A stretch of 63,924 bases of DNA, the filler included, from Vicugna vicugna (lineage: Eukaryota), in NCBI GenBank assembly GCA_013265495.1. It is 74 parts of 71 records of this genome, joined end to end, with 100 filler letters (N's around TTAATTAATTAA, not from the genome) between each part and the next. Parts side by side here need not be neighbours in the genome. Positions count along the whole stretch, not along the records: positions 35,873 to 36,811 come from MU062073.1; positions 36,912 to 37,902 come from PNXW01022250.1; positions 38,003 to 38,549 come from PNXW01022251.1; positions 38,650 to 39,489 come from PNXW01022254.1; positions 39,590 to 40,370 come from PNXW01022256.1; positions 40,471 to 41,264 come from MU062075.1; positions 41,365 to 42,037 come from PNXW01022260.1; positions 42,138 to 42,869 come from PNXW01022261.1; 66 more parts are not named here. One strand, given 5' to 3'. Shown one piece after another: positions 35,873 to 47,806 of the stretch. Made by a program: the position numbers and the translations under genes. Below the pieces are notes generated by a model. That model did no database searches. It was given only the letters and a program-made list of their open reading frames with translations, and was not told where the DNA came from. Position 1 is the first letter of the stretch, and the number at the start of each line of letters is the position of its first letter.

Positions 35873-36811
35873 CATGCTACATGTATGATGGATTCGGCAA
35901 TCATATGTTTCTGGCTTATGAGCATGTGGATTATTTACCTTTCATCCACCAAACAAGGCGTATATAGGCTTAGAAACATTTACTCCGACTTCATAGTTTT
36001 TTTCTATAACCAGGTCCTAAAATAGGACATTAGGTACCAGAAAAACTCTTTGAGCGAATTCTCAACCATACACATGTAATTTACATTGTCTAAATATCCA
36101 TGGCATTCCGTATTCCGAACATGATTCATGCATCATGGATTCCTCAAACATGCATTTCTGAGTTGTGAACATGCGCATGACTGATGTTTCAACCACCAAA
36201 CNNNNNNNNNNNACCTATGCACATTATTTACTTTGACTTCGTAGCATCTTCCTATCACCAGTTTCAAGAATCACAATTTGACCCCAGAAAAAACTTCTTG
36301 GAGTGAAATCTACCTTAGTGATATGAAATTTGAATAGATTCCAAAACATGACATTCCGGTTTCTGTACATATTTCATGCATGACGGTTTCAACAAACATG
36401 GATTTCTGACTTGTTAACATGTGCATGACTGATGTTTCAACCTCCAAACAAGTTTCCTATGCGCTTTGAAATATTTACTTTGACTTCGTAATTTCTTCCT
36501 ATCACCAGTTTCAAGAATCACACTTTGACCNNNNNNNNNNNNNNNNNNNNNNNNNNNNNNNNNNNNNNNNNNNNNNNNNNNNNNNNNNNNNNNNNNNNNN
36601 NNNNNNNNNNNNNNNNNNNNNNNNNNNNNNNNNNNNNNACAAACATGAATTCCTGAGTTGAGGGCATCTGGATTACTAATCTTTCATCCTGTATAAAAGG
36701 AATATTATCATCTAGACTCGTGTACACATTTTCACAAGCTTTCCCTAAAACCAGTTTCAAGTTCAAGCTTTTATCACAGAAAAATAATTCTGGAGCGATT
36801 TCCACCTAACA
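35873..36811 (+). repeat. Sat-C
   Basis: ctctttgagcgaattctca...; catgactgatgtttcaacc at 36176 and 36425 (249 bp apart). Confidence 0.93.
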
Positions 36812-36911
36812 NNNNNNNNNNNNNNNNNNNNNNNNNNNNNNNNNNNNNNNNNNNNTTAATTAATTAANNNNNNNNNNNNNNNNNNNNNNNNNNNNNNNNN
36901 NNNNNNNNNNN

Positions 36912-37140
36912 GCAGCCCCGCTCCGCCCCTCTGTCGCTGCCGCCGCCCCCTGACCTGACTGCCCCACCTCCCAGTAGCAAGCTTACCTGGAGCCCAAAAT
37001 CTGGCGAATCTCTGGCGGCCAAGCCCCACCCAGGCCAGGCTGCCAGGAAGAAGAAGAAATCGACCGGCTTGCCCGGGCAGCCTCCCAACCGCCCCGCCGG
37101 CCCCCGACATTGTACTAGCCTCCCGGGGTCAGGCTGAGTG
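36912..37140 (-). promoter_or_regulatory. CpG-rich segment with possible minus-strand exon and donor
   Basis: Minus-strand CAG|GTAAGC donor at 36987/36986; GC boxes; CpG-rich. Confidence 0.4.
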
Positions 37141-38002
37141 CAAGGATGTGCACTTGCCTTCTAATCCTGGCCACGTTCCTGAGCACCTCCCTGTATCCAT
37201 ACACTCCCTGCACATTTGCACCCCTGCTACTCTCTGCAATTCTGCATCCCTCCACTCCCGCATCCCCTAAACTGCCTGCACCCTCCACAGCCCCTGCAGT
37301 CCTGTCATCAGTTACTTTTGCACTGCCTACACTCCTGCACCCCTGCATGTCCCACACACCACCTCTTGGGCCTTTAGCAGCTGTTAGACCAATGCACAGG
37401 GACTCACTCTTTGCCAGTATATGATGCATCAGTGGACGTCAGGGGTTGCCTGCAGGAAGGTACATGTTCCCGGTCACTAGCCTGGGCCACTTGGGTGATC
37501 TCTGTGAGGTCACCAAGGACGGGCTTAGAGGTGCTGTTTTCCGGGAAGAGAGGAGTTGAAACAGGTCTTGAGGGCAGAGCTGTGCTCATCAGTCCGTCCA
37601 CATTTCATGTTTTACACAGGGCTTCGGAGAAGTGAAATGGATCCGGCCAAGTAAGACCGGCCTGCTGTGCGCCCACCTCAGTCCTGGGCTCTGAGTCAGA
37701 CCGACTGGCTCCCACCCTCAGGGCCCAGTTTGGGCACCTGAATGGTCCCTTTGAGACATCCCATCAGTTCTCAGGAAGAAGTCTGTCTGCTTCCACCCCA
37801 TGGCCCTCCCTCCTACTGTGCTGGCTCAGGAAGGTTCCTTATTTGGGGAAGAAGGCTGCCCACCCCCTACCCCACCCCTCACCTTGCGCTCACCCAGGCT
37901 GGNNNNNNNNNNNNNNNNNNNNNNNNNNNNNNNNNNNNNNNNNNNNTTAATTAATTAANNNNNNNNNNNNNNNNNNNNNNNNNNNNNNNNNNNNNNNNNN
38001 NN

Positions 38003-38549
38003 TTAGAATATGGAATACAGAATACTGAGTATAGAATTTAGAATATACAATGAAGAACACAGAATATATAACATAGAATAGAGAATGTAGAACCCAGAAT
38101 TTAGAACATGGAATGCAGATCACAAAAATTAGAATATAGAAAACAAAATAGTGAATATAGAATTTAGAATATAGAAATAGAACACAGAATATTGAATATA
38201 AAATACGGAATGCAGAATATAGAAAGTAGAATATAGAATGTAGAACACAAAATATAGAATATAGAATAGAGAATATAGCAACCTGAATTTAGAAATGGAA
38301 TGCAGAACAAAGAATTTAGAATATAGAATTCAGAAAACTGAATAAAGATTTTAGAATATAGAATGTAGAACATAGAATATAGAATATAGAATACGGAATG
38401 AATATAGAATATAGAATACGGAATGCAGAATATACTTTGTAGAATAAAGAATGAAGAACACAAATATAGAACACATAATAGAGAGAATAGAACCCAGAAA
38501 TTAGAACCCGTAATGCAGAACATAGAATTAAGAATATAGAATACAGAAT
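38003..38549 (-). repeat. AT-rich heptamer satellite, reverse
   Basis: TATAGAA/TTTAGAA/CACAGAA units. Confidence 0.95.
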
Positions 38550-38649
38550 NNNNNNNNNNNNNNNNNNNNNNNNNNNNNNNNNNNNNNNNNNNNTTAATTA
38601 ATTAANNNNNNNNNNNNNNNNNNNNNNNNNNNNNNNNNNNNNNNNNNNN

Positions 38650-39489
38650 TATAGAACGTAGAACACAGAATATAGAATATAGAATACAGTATATAGAACC
38701 AAGAATTTGTAAGATGGAATGCAGAACACAGAGTTTAGAATATAGAATACAGAATACTGAATATAGAATATGAACATACAATTTAGAGCACAGAATTTAG
38801 AATATAGAAAACACTATACTGAATATAGAATTTAGAATATACAATGTAGAACACATTATATAGAATAGAGATTAGAGAATTTAGAACCCAGAATTTAGAA
38901 CATGGAAAGCAGAACACAGAATTAAGTATATAGAATATTGAATACTGAATATAGAATTTAGAATATAGAATGTAGAACACAGAATATAGAATAGAGAAAA
39001 GAGAATATGGAACCCAGAAATCAGAACATGGCATGCATATCACAGAATTTAGAATATAGAATGCAGAACACAGAATATAGAATATAGAATACAGAATACA
39101 GAACAGAGAATTTAGAACATGGAACGCTGAACACAGAATTTAAAAAATAGATTGTAAAACACAGAGTTTAGAATATAGAATACTGAATGCAGAAAATATA
39201 ATTTAAAATATAGAATGAATAACACAGAATATAGAATAGAGAATATAGAATATAGAAGCTAGACTTTAGAACATGGTATGCAGAACACATAATTTAGAAT
39301 ATATTATACAGAATACTGAATATACAATTTAGAATATAGAATGCAGAACACAGAATTTAGAATATAGAATACTGAATAATCTATATAGAAGTTAAAATAT
39401 AGAATGTAGAACACAGCATAGAGAATATGGTATACAGAATACTTAATATAGAATTTAGAATTTAGCATGTAGAACACAGAATATAGAAT
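38650..39489 (-). repeat. AT-rich heptamer satellite, reverse
   Basis: TATAGAA/TTTAGAA/CACAGAA units. Confidence 0.95.
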
Positions 39490-39589
39490 NNNNNNNNNNN
39501 NNNNNNNNNNNNNNNNNNNNNNNNNNNNNNNNNTTAATTAATTAANNNNNNNNNNNNNNNNNNNNNNNNNNNNNNNNNNNNNNNNNNNN

Positions 39590-40370
39590 TTGCGATGACC
39601 TCTCTATGGTTTGTGGAGTTGTTTAAACTACATCACTAACCTGGGAACACCTGAGCCCCCATAAAGATCCGTGAAGTCTGTTTCCACACCTCCAGCACAC
39701 ACACGAACACTTGCACAGTTTTCCTGAGAGTAGGCATCTTCCTCCAACTGAGAGCAGGTCCTTGTTTCTTATAAAATCGCTTAACTTGCCTACACTCTTG
39801 GGTTGCCTGATACGGAGTGCTGGGGAAAGGGTGGGTAGGTCTCTAAATCCAAGTATTAGCGAGTGCTTCTCCATGGGATTTGGAGGTTATTAACCAAAAT
39901 CCCACAACATGAGAATACCTGTGCTCCTTGAAATAAGCGTGGACTCTTTATCCCCACCACCAAAACACACATGAAGTAGTTTTCTGCTATCCTGAGTGTG
40001 GGCTGGCAATTTCAGGTGACAGAAGCGCCTGGGTTCTAATAGAATTCCTTAGCTTGTAATCCCTGAGTGTTTCCCTAGGACTGACTCTGAGAGAAAGCTG
40101 GGGGTTGGGCTTTGAGGCCAAATAGTAGCGAGGGTCCCCGATGGACTGAGGAAGTATTTAGATGAATTCTCCATAAAGGGAAACACCTGAGCACCCATTC
40201 ATCTGCGTGGAGTGGGGCTTCAAATCTCCCCACCACACTAGGATGGGTTCCAGTATCCTGAGGGTGGGGTAGTTCCTCCAACTGACATCAGCATCTTGAT
40301 TTTAATAGCATCCTTTCCTAATTTTCTTGTCTTCCCTGATGCTTTGCGTAGGTCAGTGTGTGGTTGAAAG
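39590..40370 (+). repeat. Sat-B (three distinct monomers)
   Basis: TCCTGAG.GT at ~39722, ~39990 and ~40256; shares blocks with 33175-34231 and 50395-50915. Confidence 0.9.
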
Positions 40371-41364
40371 NNNNNNNNNNNNNNNNNNNNNNNNNNNNNN
40401 NNNNNNNNNNNNNNTTAATTAATTAANNNNNNNNNNNNNNNNNNNNNNNNNNNNNNNNNNNNNNNNNNNNACATGAATTTTTCCTTCTGCTGAATTCTTG
40501 GATATTCTCTTCCCCTCTTTCAGTCAACCTACAGCTTTGGTGCTCCAACATCTAGAGTCAAGTCAAAGACTTAACACAACCAGATCTCAGCCAGGTAGTC
40601 TCGACCCTTCATCATTTTGGACTTACCTTATGTGTTCCAATCATTATGTAACTTAGCCTCCTAGGGTAACATGTGCCTTATTAAAAACCAGGAGTCACCA
40701 NNNNNNNNNNNNNNNNNNNNNNNNNNNNNNNNNNNNNNNNNNNNNNNNNNNNNNNNNNNNNNNNNNNNNNNNNNNNNNNNNNNNNNNNNNNNNNNNNNNN
40801 NNNNNNNNNNNNNNNNNNNNNNNNNNNNNNNNNNNNNNNNNNNNNNNNNNNNNNNNNNNNNNNNNNNNNNNNNNNNNNNNNNNNNNNNNNNNNNNNNNNN
40901 NNNNNNNNNNNNNNNNNNNNNNNNNNNNTAACTGGAGAAGACTCCCATGTTCAGTCTCCTTTATACCCCTCACACTGTTTAGCATGGAGCAATAGAAGGC
41001 ATCCAGGGATTGCTTACCTACTTTATTTATTCACAGGGGTGGTGGTGTGGAATATAGCTAATAACTATTAATTCAGAGTTGCAATTAAAAAAGAAAGCCA
41101 AGAAAATCCATAAAACTTTATCTCCATGTTCAGTTTAGCGCTTTACCTCAATAGTTTTCTTAAGACTGTGTTTACATTCACATAGTGTTCTGTTCTTGTA
41201 CAGTTCCGAGGCAAGCAGATGAGATGACATTATGTTTGACTTTCATGTTACATTTCATATTGGANNNNNNNNNNNNNNNNNNNNNNNNNNNNNNNNNNNN
41301 NNNNNNNNTTAATTAATTAANNNNNNNNNNNNNNNNNNNNNNNNNNNNNNNNNNNNNNNNNNNN

Positions 41365-42037
41365 TACATACATGACGGATTCGACAAATGTACATTCCTG
41401 AGTTGAGGTATTCTTTATTAGTAATCTTTACTCCTCTATAAAAGTAATATTTTCTTCTAGACACGTGTACACATTTTCACAAGATTTCCCTAAAACCAGG
41501 TTCGAATTCGTGCATTTTACACAGAAAAATAGTTCTGGGCGATTTCAAGTTCTGGAGCGATTTCCACCTAATAGGTATGTAATTTACATGAATTCCATCA
41601 ACATGACATTCCGGGTTCCGTACATGCTACATGCATGACGGATTCGGCAGTCATGCATTTCTGACTTGTGAGCATGTGGATTACTGACCTTTCATCCACC
41701 AAACAATGCGTATATACACTTAGAATTATTTACTCTGACTTCATAGGTTTTTCTATCACCAGGTTTATAATCAGACATCTGGCAAAAGAAAACACTCTTT
41801 GAGCGAATACTCACAAATACACATGTAATTTACATTGTTTACATAACCATGGCATTCCGTATTACGAACATGTTTCATGCATCACGGATTCCTCAAACTT
41901 GAATTTCTGAGTTGTGAACATGCGCATGCCTGATATTTCAACCACCAAACATGTTACCTATGCACTATGAAATATTTATTTTTACTTCGTTACTTCTGCC
42001 TATCACCAGTTTCAAGAATCACCCTTTGATCCCAGAA
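41365..42037 (+). repeat. Sat-C
   Basis: Three catg/catc.acggattc subunit anchors at ~41371, ~41634 and ~41880. Confidence 0.93.
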
Positions 42038-44508
42038 NNNNNNNNNNNNNNNNNNNNNNNNNNNNNNNNNNNNNNNNNNNNTTAATTAATTAANNNNNNN
42101 NNNNNNNNNNNNNNNNNNNNNNNNNNNNNNNNNNNNNCCATTCAGCCCGGGGAACGGAGGATGCCAGGCTTCCAAATAAAGGCTTCCTTGCTGGCCTCTG
42201 GATTGGCCTTTTAGTCCAAGTCCCCTAACGTGGAAACATGGGAAATGGGAAGACTTCAACGTTCTCAAGGTGGAAGGGGGGGCTGGGATCCCGAGGCAGC
42301 GATTTCCATAAATAGGGGCGGGGCGTGCCCGATCCCTTGATAAGGCCCGTGCTCCCGGGAACTCAGCATTTGGCCAGCAGCCTCTGTGCCGGACGGGTGT
42401 CTCTCCGACATCAGCACCTGGGCTCTCCTGCTGGCTCATCTGAAATTTTTTCCTGCCCTCTCAGGGGTGTGGACGAGGGGAGAAATGGCCCCCTGAGACT
42501 GCAGGGAAGGCTTTGGCTGGGCTCTGTTTAAGGAAGCCATTGGACCAAATGATTGAGTGTGGCTTGGGTAGGTTTGTTTTTCCTTTCATTGATCTCTTTG
42601 GCCCCGTTGAAATGGACATGGGAGCGGTAGCCCTGTGGCCCACCCACAGCTCCTCTCTCAGAAGTCCTGATGTGCAGCTGCACAGAAAGTTGCATCCGTT
42701 GTTCAAGGTTTCCGACTGCAAGCAGCGCATTTCTAGTGGACCACGTTTGGACATTTGAGTTGGTGTCGTTGGTTCTTTCTCATGGTGGTTTAGCAGCTCT
42801 CTGTTGGCTTGAGTTCCATGGGAAAGGGTCCGTTTGTCTGCTGTCCCAGGAAACAGTCCACACGCAGAANNNNNNNNNNNNNNNNNNNNNNNNNNNNNNN
42901 NNNNNNNNNNNNNTTAATTAATTAANNNNNNNNNNNNNNNNNNNNNNNNNNNNNNNNNNNNNNNNNNNNCCACATACATCCCCAGGTGCACGTGAGCACA
43001 CACACACAGTCATGTACAACACACGTCCCCAGGTGCTCGCGTGCACACACACACGTCTTACACACTTTGGCGTTATTCTAAATCAATTTACAATTGAGGG
43101 TCACAGTGTCCATTGTTTTATCCACTCAGAAGATCCTGACTTTGGAGCGTGAAGCAGGAGCACCTCTCTGGAGATGGTGTTTACCAATTACAGTCTCAGT
43201 AGAGCCAACATAACTGCTCTAGACCTTTGGAAGTGCAGGGCCAAAGCATACCTGGGAGCTCACATCCTATACATGTAAACATGTTAAGTGCACCAGGTTC
43301 TAAAGTCCTGCCTTTACAAATATACGTTCATTATAAGGAGGAAGACCAGGTTCAAAATTAGAATTCCCAGACACAGGGGAGTCCGGCAAAGAAAGTGAGT
43401 GTGTGGGGAAAGCTGATTCCCAGTCTCTGACCAGTAGCCTGACCCTTTTCTTCCCAATGCTGGGTCCATCCCTTGGCACAAGGGGCCTTGGATGTGCACA
43501 GAGGGACACTCAGAATTCACANNNNNNNNNNNNNNNNNNNNNNNNNNNNNNNNNNNNNNNNNNNNTTAATTAATTAANNNNNNNNNNNNNNNNNNNNNNN
43601 NNNNNNNNNNNNNNNNNNNNNTTTTTTTTTTCAGTAGTGCACTGTGCATTTTGAGTATTTCATTGGATCCTTTTCTTGGCGTTCCTTTGCCCTGTCCCTG
43701 TCTGTCTCTCAGAAGCTGCTTCTGCTGCTACTGCCTGTGAACCATGTGGAGGCTGGCACTTCTTATCAGATCAATCATTGCTAAACAGTGTTAAGCTGAA
43801 ATAGTAGTGGGATATTAGCCCCTATTGGTATTTTATCCAGAAAACTAAAAGATTATAGAAAAAGGCAGAGCATTTTTGAGAAATGTGAAAGCCTCTGAGA
43901 CCAAATACTTGCTGATGTAGACTACAGATTTCTTTGCTTCTTTGTCTGTTAAACCTCATGGCATGTTTGTTATTCGGTGAACTACATTTTGCTTAGTCAG
44001 CTAATATTTCAAAAGAGTAATTTGATTTGAATTTAAGAGCATGAACTGTCTTGGTAGATAGGAAATGTTTATGTTAGGCATTTTACAGCTGATGCAGAAT
44101 TATAGGCAGTAGAAAGATGACCAGCGTACAATGTTTGATGGTTTTTAACCACCTAGCATCCATGTTCCCTTTCTAATAATACTCTGGTTTGCTTTTGAAA
44201 AATTATCTCACCAAGTGTGTATATATACGGCCTATACAGGGCCTTAGTGGGTGAAAACTGAGGTACTTGACTCTGTCAATGGAAGATCCTTCTTCTCTCT
44301 GCCTGTCAAGAGCAGGCATCTGATCCAAAATTGGCCAAATGCTGCTTTTTGATAGGACACTGCATCCTGAGAAAATGAAGTAGGAAAGGAAGAGATTAGG
44401 AATTACCANNNNNNNNNNNNNNNNNNNNNNNNNNNNNNNNNNNNNNNNNNNNTTAATTAATTAANNNNNNNNNNNNNNNNNNNNNNNNNNNNNNNNNNNN
44501 NNNNNNNN

Positions 44509-45393
44509 AACCGGCACTAGGAAACAGACTGAGAAACAAGAGTAATTGTTTCCACTGCAACCCGTTCCCTTTCGGCTGGATGAACGAACGTCTCTTCACA
44601 TGCTCAGTTCTGAGAGATAAGTGTGTGTTAAAGCCATACTTCACCTAGCTTGAAGGGAAAACAAACTTTCTTTTTTGTTGCAAACCCCACTCCATACATA
44701 TATATGGGGAGGTAAAGCTCCAACTCGGTTTTACAGTGAAAACGGCAGGCACTTCAAACCGGCACTAGGAAACAGACTGAGAAACCAGAGTAAGGGTTTC
44801 TCCTGCNNNNNNNNNNNNNNNNNNNNNNNNNNNNNNNNNNNNNNNNNNNNNNNNNNNNNNNNNNNNNNNNNNNNNNNNNNNNNNNNNNNNNNNNNNNNNN
44901 NNNNNNNNNNNNNNNNNNNNNNNNNNNNNNNNNNNNNNNNNNNNNNNNNNNNNNNNNNNNNNNNNNNNNNNNNNNNNNNNNNNNNNNNNNNNNNNNNNNN
45001 NNNNNNNNNNNNNNNNNNNNNNNNNNNNNNNNNNNNNNNNNNNNNNNNNNNNNNNNNNNNNNNNNNNNNNNNNNNNNNNNNNNNNNNNNNNNNNNNNNNN
45101 NNNNNNNNNNNNNNNNNNNNNNNNNNNNNNNNAAAGCCGTCCTTCACCTAGCTTGAAGGGAACACAAAGTTTCTTTTCAGTTGCCAAATTCAATCCATAC
45201 ATATATATGGGGAGGTACAAGCTCCAACTCGGTTTTACAGTGAAAATGGCAGGCACATCAAACCGGCACTAGGAAACAGACTGAGAAACAAGAGTAATTG
45301 TTTCTCCTGCAACCCGTTTAATTTGGGCTGGATGAAGGAACGTCTCTTCACATGCTCATATCTGAGAGATATGTGTGTGTGAAAGCCGTCCTT
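44509..45393 (+). repeat. Sat-D ~249-bp satellite
   Basis: aaccggcactaggaaacagactgagaaac at 44509 and 44757 (248 bp apart). Confidence 0.95.
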
Positions 45394-45892
45394 NNNNNNN
45401 NNNNNNNNNNNNNNNNNNNNNNNNNNNNNNNNNNNNNTTAATTAATTAANNNNNNNNNNNNNNNNNNNNNNNNNNNNNNNNNNNNNNNNNNNNCTAAATC
45501 CAACTTAACTATACTTTATAATACTTATAATATGCCATTAATACAGCTTGCTAATATTTATTTTGAATGGAATATACACATACTGAAGGAAAAATTTACA
45601 TTGTAGCTTGAGTGAACACTTATTTATTTAAACATTTTATCTCTCATTTTGAATTTGGCTTATGCTTATTGGAATTTATATCTAAATAAAAAATACAACA
45701 TTTTTGAACTGGATATACTACAGTTTACTGATACAGAATCTAGCTATTATTAACAACTGGTGCACAAAACACTTGCCTTAAAATGCCGCATTATACTAAC
45801 ATTGCCAACTGTTTCAGGACTGAGAAACATATTGCTTCCTAAATTGCATTACCTGGTATTTTCCACCCCAACCCACATATACTATTATACTG

Positions 45893-45985
45893 TTATTTTT
45901 TTGTTTTTTCCTTTGTTTGTTTGCTCCTTGATGGAGGCATATTTTATTGAACCCAGGATCTTGTGTATAAGTGTATTTATCAACA
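45893..45985 (-). mobile_element. Degenerate tRNA-derived SINE 3' part (Vic-1-like)
   Basis: T-rich tail then atggagg...attgaacccaggatcttgtgtat (minus-strand B-box GGTTCAAT). Confidence 0.6.
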
Positions 45986-46085
45986 NNNNNNNNNNNNNNN
46001 NNNNNNNNNNNNNNNNNNNNNNNNNNNNNTTAATTAATTAANNNNNNNNNNNNNNNNNNNNNNNNNNNNNNNNNNNNNNNNNNNN

Positions 46086-47053
46086 CTAGTGCCGGTTTGA
46101 AGTGCCTGCAGTTTTCACTGTAAAAGCGAGATGGAGTTTGTACCTCCCCATATATATGTATATAGTGGAGTTGGCAACTGAAAAGAAACTTTGTGTTCCC
46201 TTCAAGCTAGGTGAAGGACGGCTTTCACACACACTTATCTCTCAGAACTGAGCATGTGGAGAGACGTTCGTTCATCCANNNNNNNNNNNNNNNNNNNNNN
46301 NNNNNNNNNNNNNNNNNNNNNNNNNNNNNNNNNNNNNNNNNNNNNNNNNNNNNNNNNNNNNNNNNNNNNNNNNNNNNNNNNNNNNNNNNNNNNNNNNNNN
46401 NNNNNNNNNNNNNNNNNNNNNNNNNNNNNNNNNNNNNNNNNNNNNNNNNNNNNNNNNNNNNNNNNNNNNNNNNNNNNNNNNNNNNNNNNNNNNNNNNNNN
46501 NNNNNNNNNNNNNNNNNNNNNNNNNNNNNNNNNNNNNNNNNNNNNNNNNNNNNNNNNNNNNNNNNNNNNNNNNNNNNNNNNNNNNNNNNNNNNNNNNNNN
46601 NNNNNNNNNNNNNNNNNNNNNNNNNNNNNNNNNNNNNNNNNNNNNNNNNNNNNNNNNNNNNNNNNNNNNNNAACTGAAAAGAAACTTTGTGTTCCCTTCA
46701 AGTTAGGTGAAGGACGGCTTTCAGACACACTTATCTCTCAGAGCTGAGCATGCTGAGAGACGTTCGTTCATCCAGCACAAAGGGAACGGTTTGCAGGAGA
46801 AACCCTGACTCTGGTTTCTCAGTCTGTTTCCTAGTGCCGGTTAGAAGTGCCTGCCGTTTTCACTGTAAAACCGAGTTGGAGCTTGTACCTCCCCATATAT
46901 ATGTATGGAGTGGATTTGGCAACTGAAAAGAAACTTTGTATTCCCTTCAAGCTAGGTGAAGGACGGCATTCACACACACTTCTCTCTCAGAACTGAGCAT
47001 GAGGAAGGGGTTCGTTCATCCAGCACAAAGGGAACTGTTTGCAGGAGAAACCC
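46086..47053 (-). repeat. Sat-D, reverse orientation
   Basis: aactgaaaagaaactttg at 46672 and 46921 (249 bp apart). Confidence 0.95.
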
Positions 47054-47324
47054 NNNNNNNNNNNNNNNNNNNNNNNNNNNNNNNNNNNNNNNNNNNNTTA
47101 ATTAATTAANNNNNNNNNNNNNNNNNNNNNNNNNNNNNNNNNNNNNNNNNNNNAGAAGTTTTCCCTCATCCTCTGTTCTTACACACCTCCCTGGAGATAC
47201 CACTGTTTACAATTCTTTGTTTGCATTTCCAGGTATGCTATGCACATTCCCACCAATGTATGTAAATTCATTTAAAGTTTTACTTATTTTTAACTTAAAG
47301 GGATTTCAACCCTCAAGTGGCTTC

Positions 47325-47806
47325 TGCCCCGGTAATAGAAAAGAACAAATCTGACTCCATATTAGATCTGTTCCTTTGACTTTAACCCTGTGCTCTGTCT
47401 CCAAGGCTTCATCTTGATTGCAAAACAATGTTGCCTAGAGCCTAAAATATACAGGAGAGCCTATTCTGAAGGCTTTGATCTTTAAGGGTATTTAACACTT
47501 TTCCAATCATATAAAGATAACAAGTTGCAGAATAGAAAATAACGTTTGTTTTGTTGGAGGTTTACAGGGATCTGACCCAGGCAGATAGCTGCAAGAACAA
47601 AGGATCCTAACAAGAAGGAATTCCTAATTTTGCAAAAAACAAGCACATAGGAAAGGAGCCTGAATTCTGACCGGGGGAGATGGTTTCCCAGGACATTAGT
47701 TTGCCATCTAGGTCTACAGAAACTATCTATTCCATGCCCCAACAACTGGTCTCCCAACTTACTGGCCTGTCCTGCACTGAGGAGAATGAATTTGGACTCA
47801 GCAACA
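47325..47806 (+). mobile_element. Solo ERV1-class LTR (MER41-like)
   Basis: TG...CA termini flanked by CTTC on both sides (47321-47324, 47807-47810); 3' end tttggactcagcaaca is homologous to 56827-56943. Confidence 0.75.

Noticed and set aside
42086..42921. Several overlapping 70-120-aa ORFs in a unique fragment
   Set aside because: No recognisable homology, domain or consistent exon signals.
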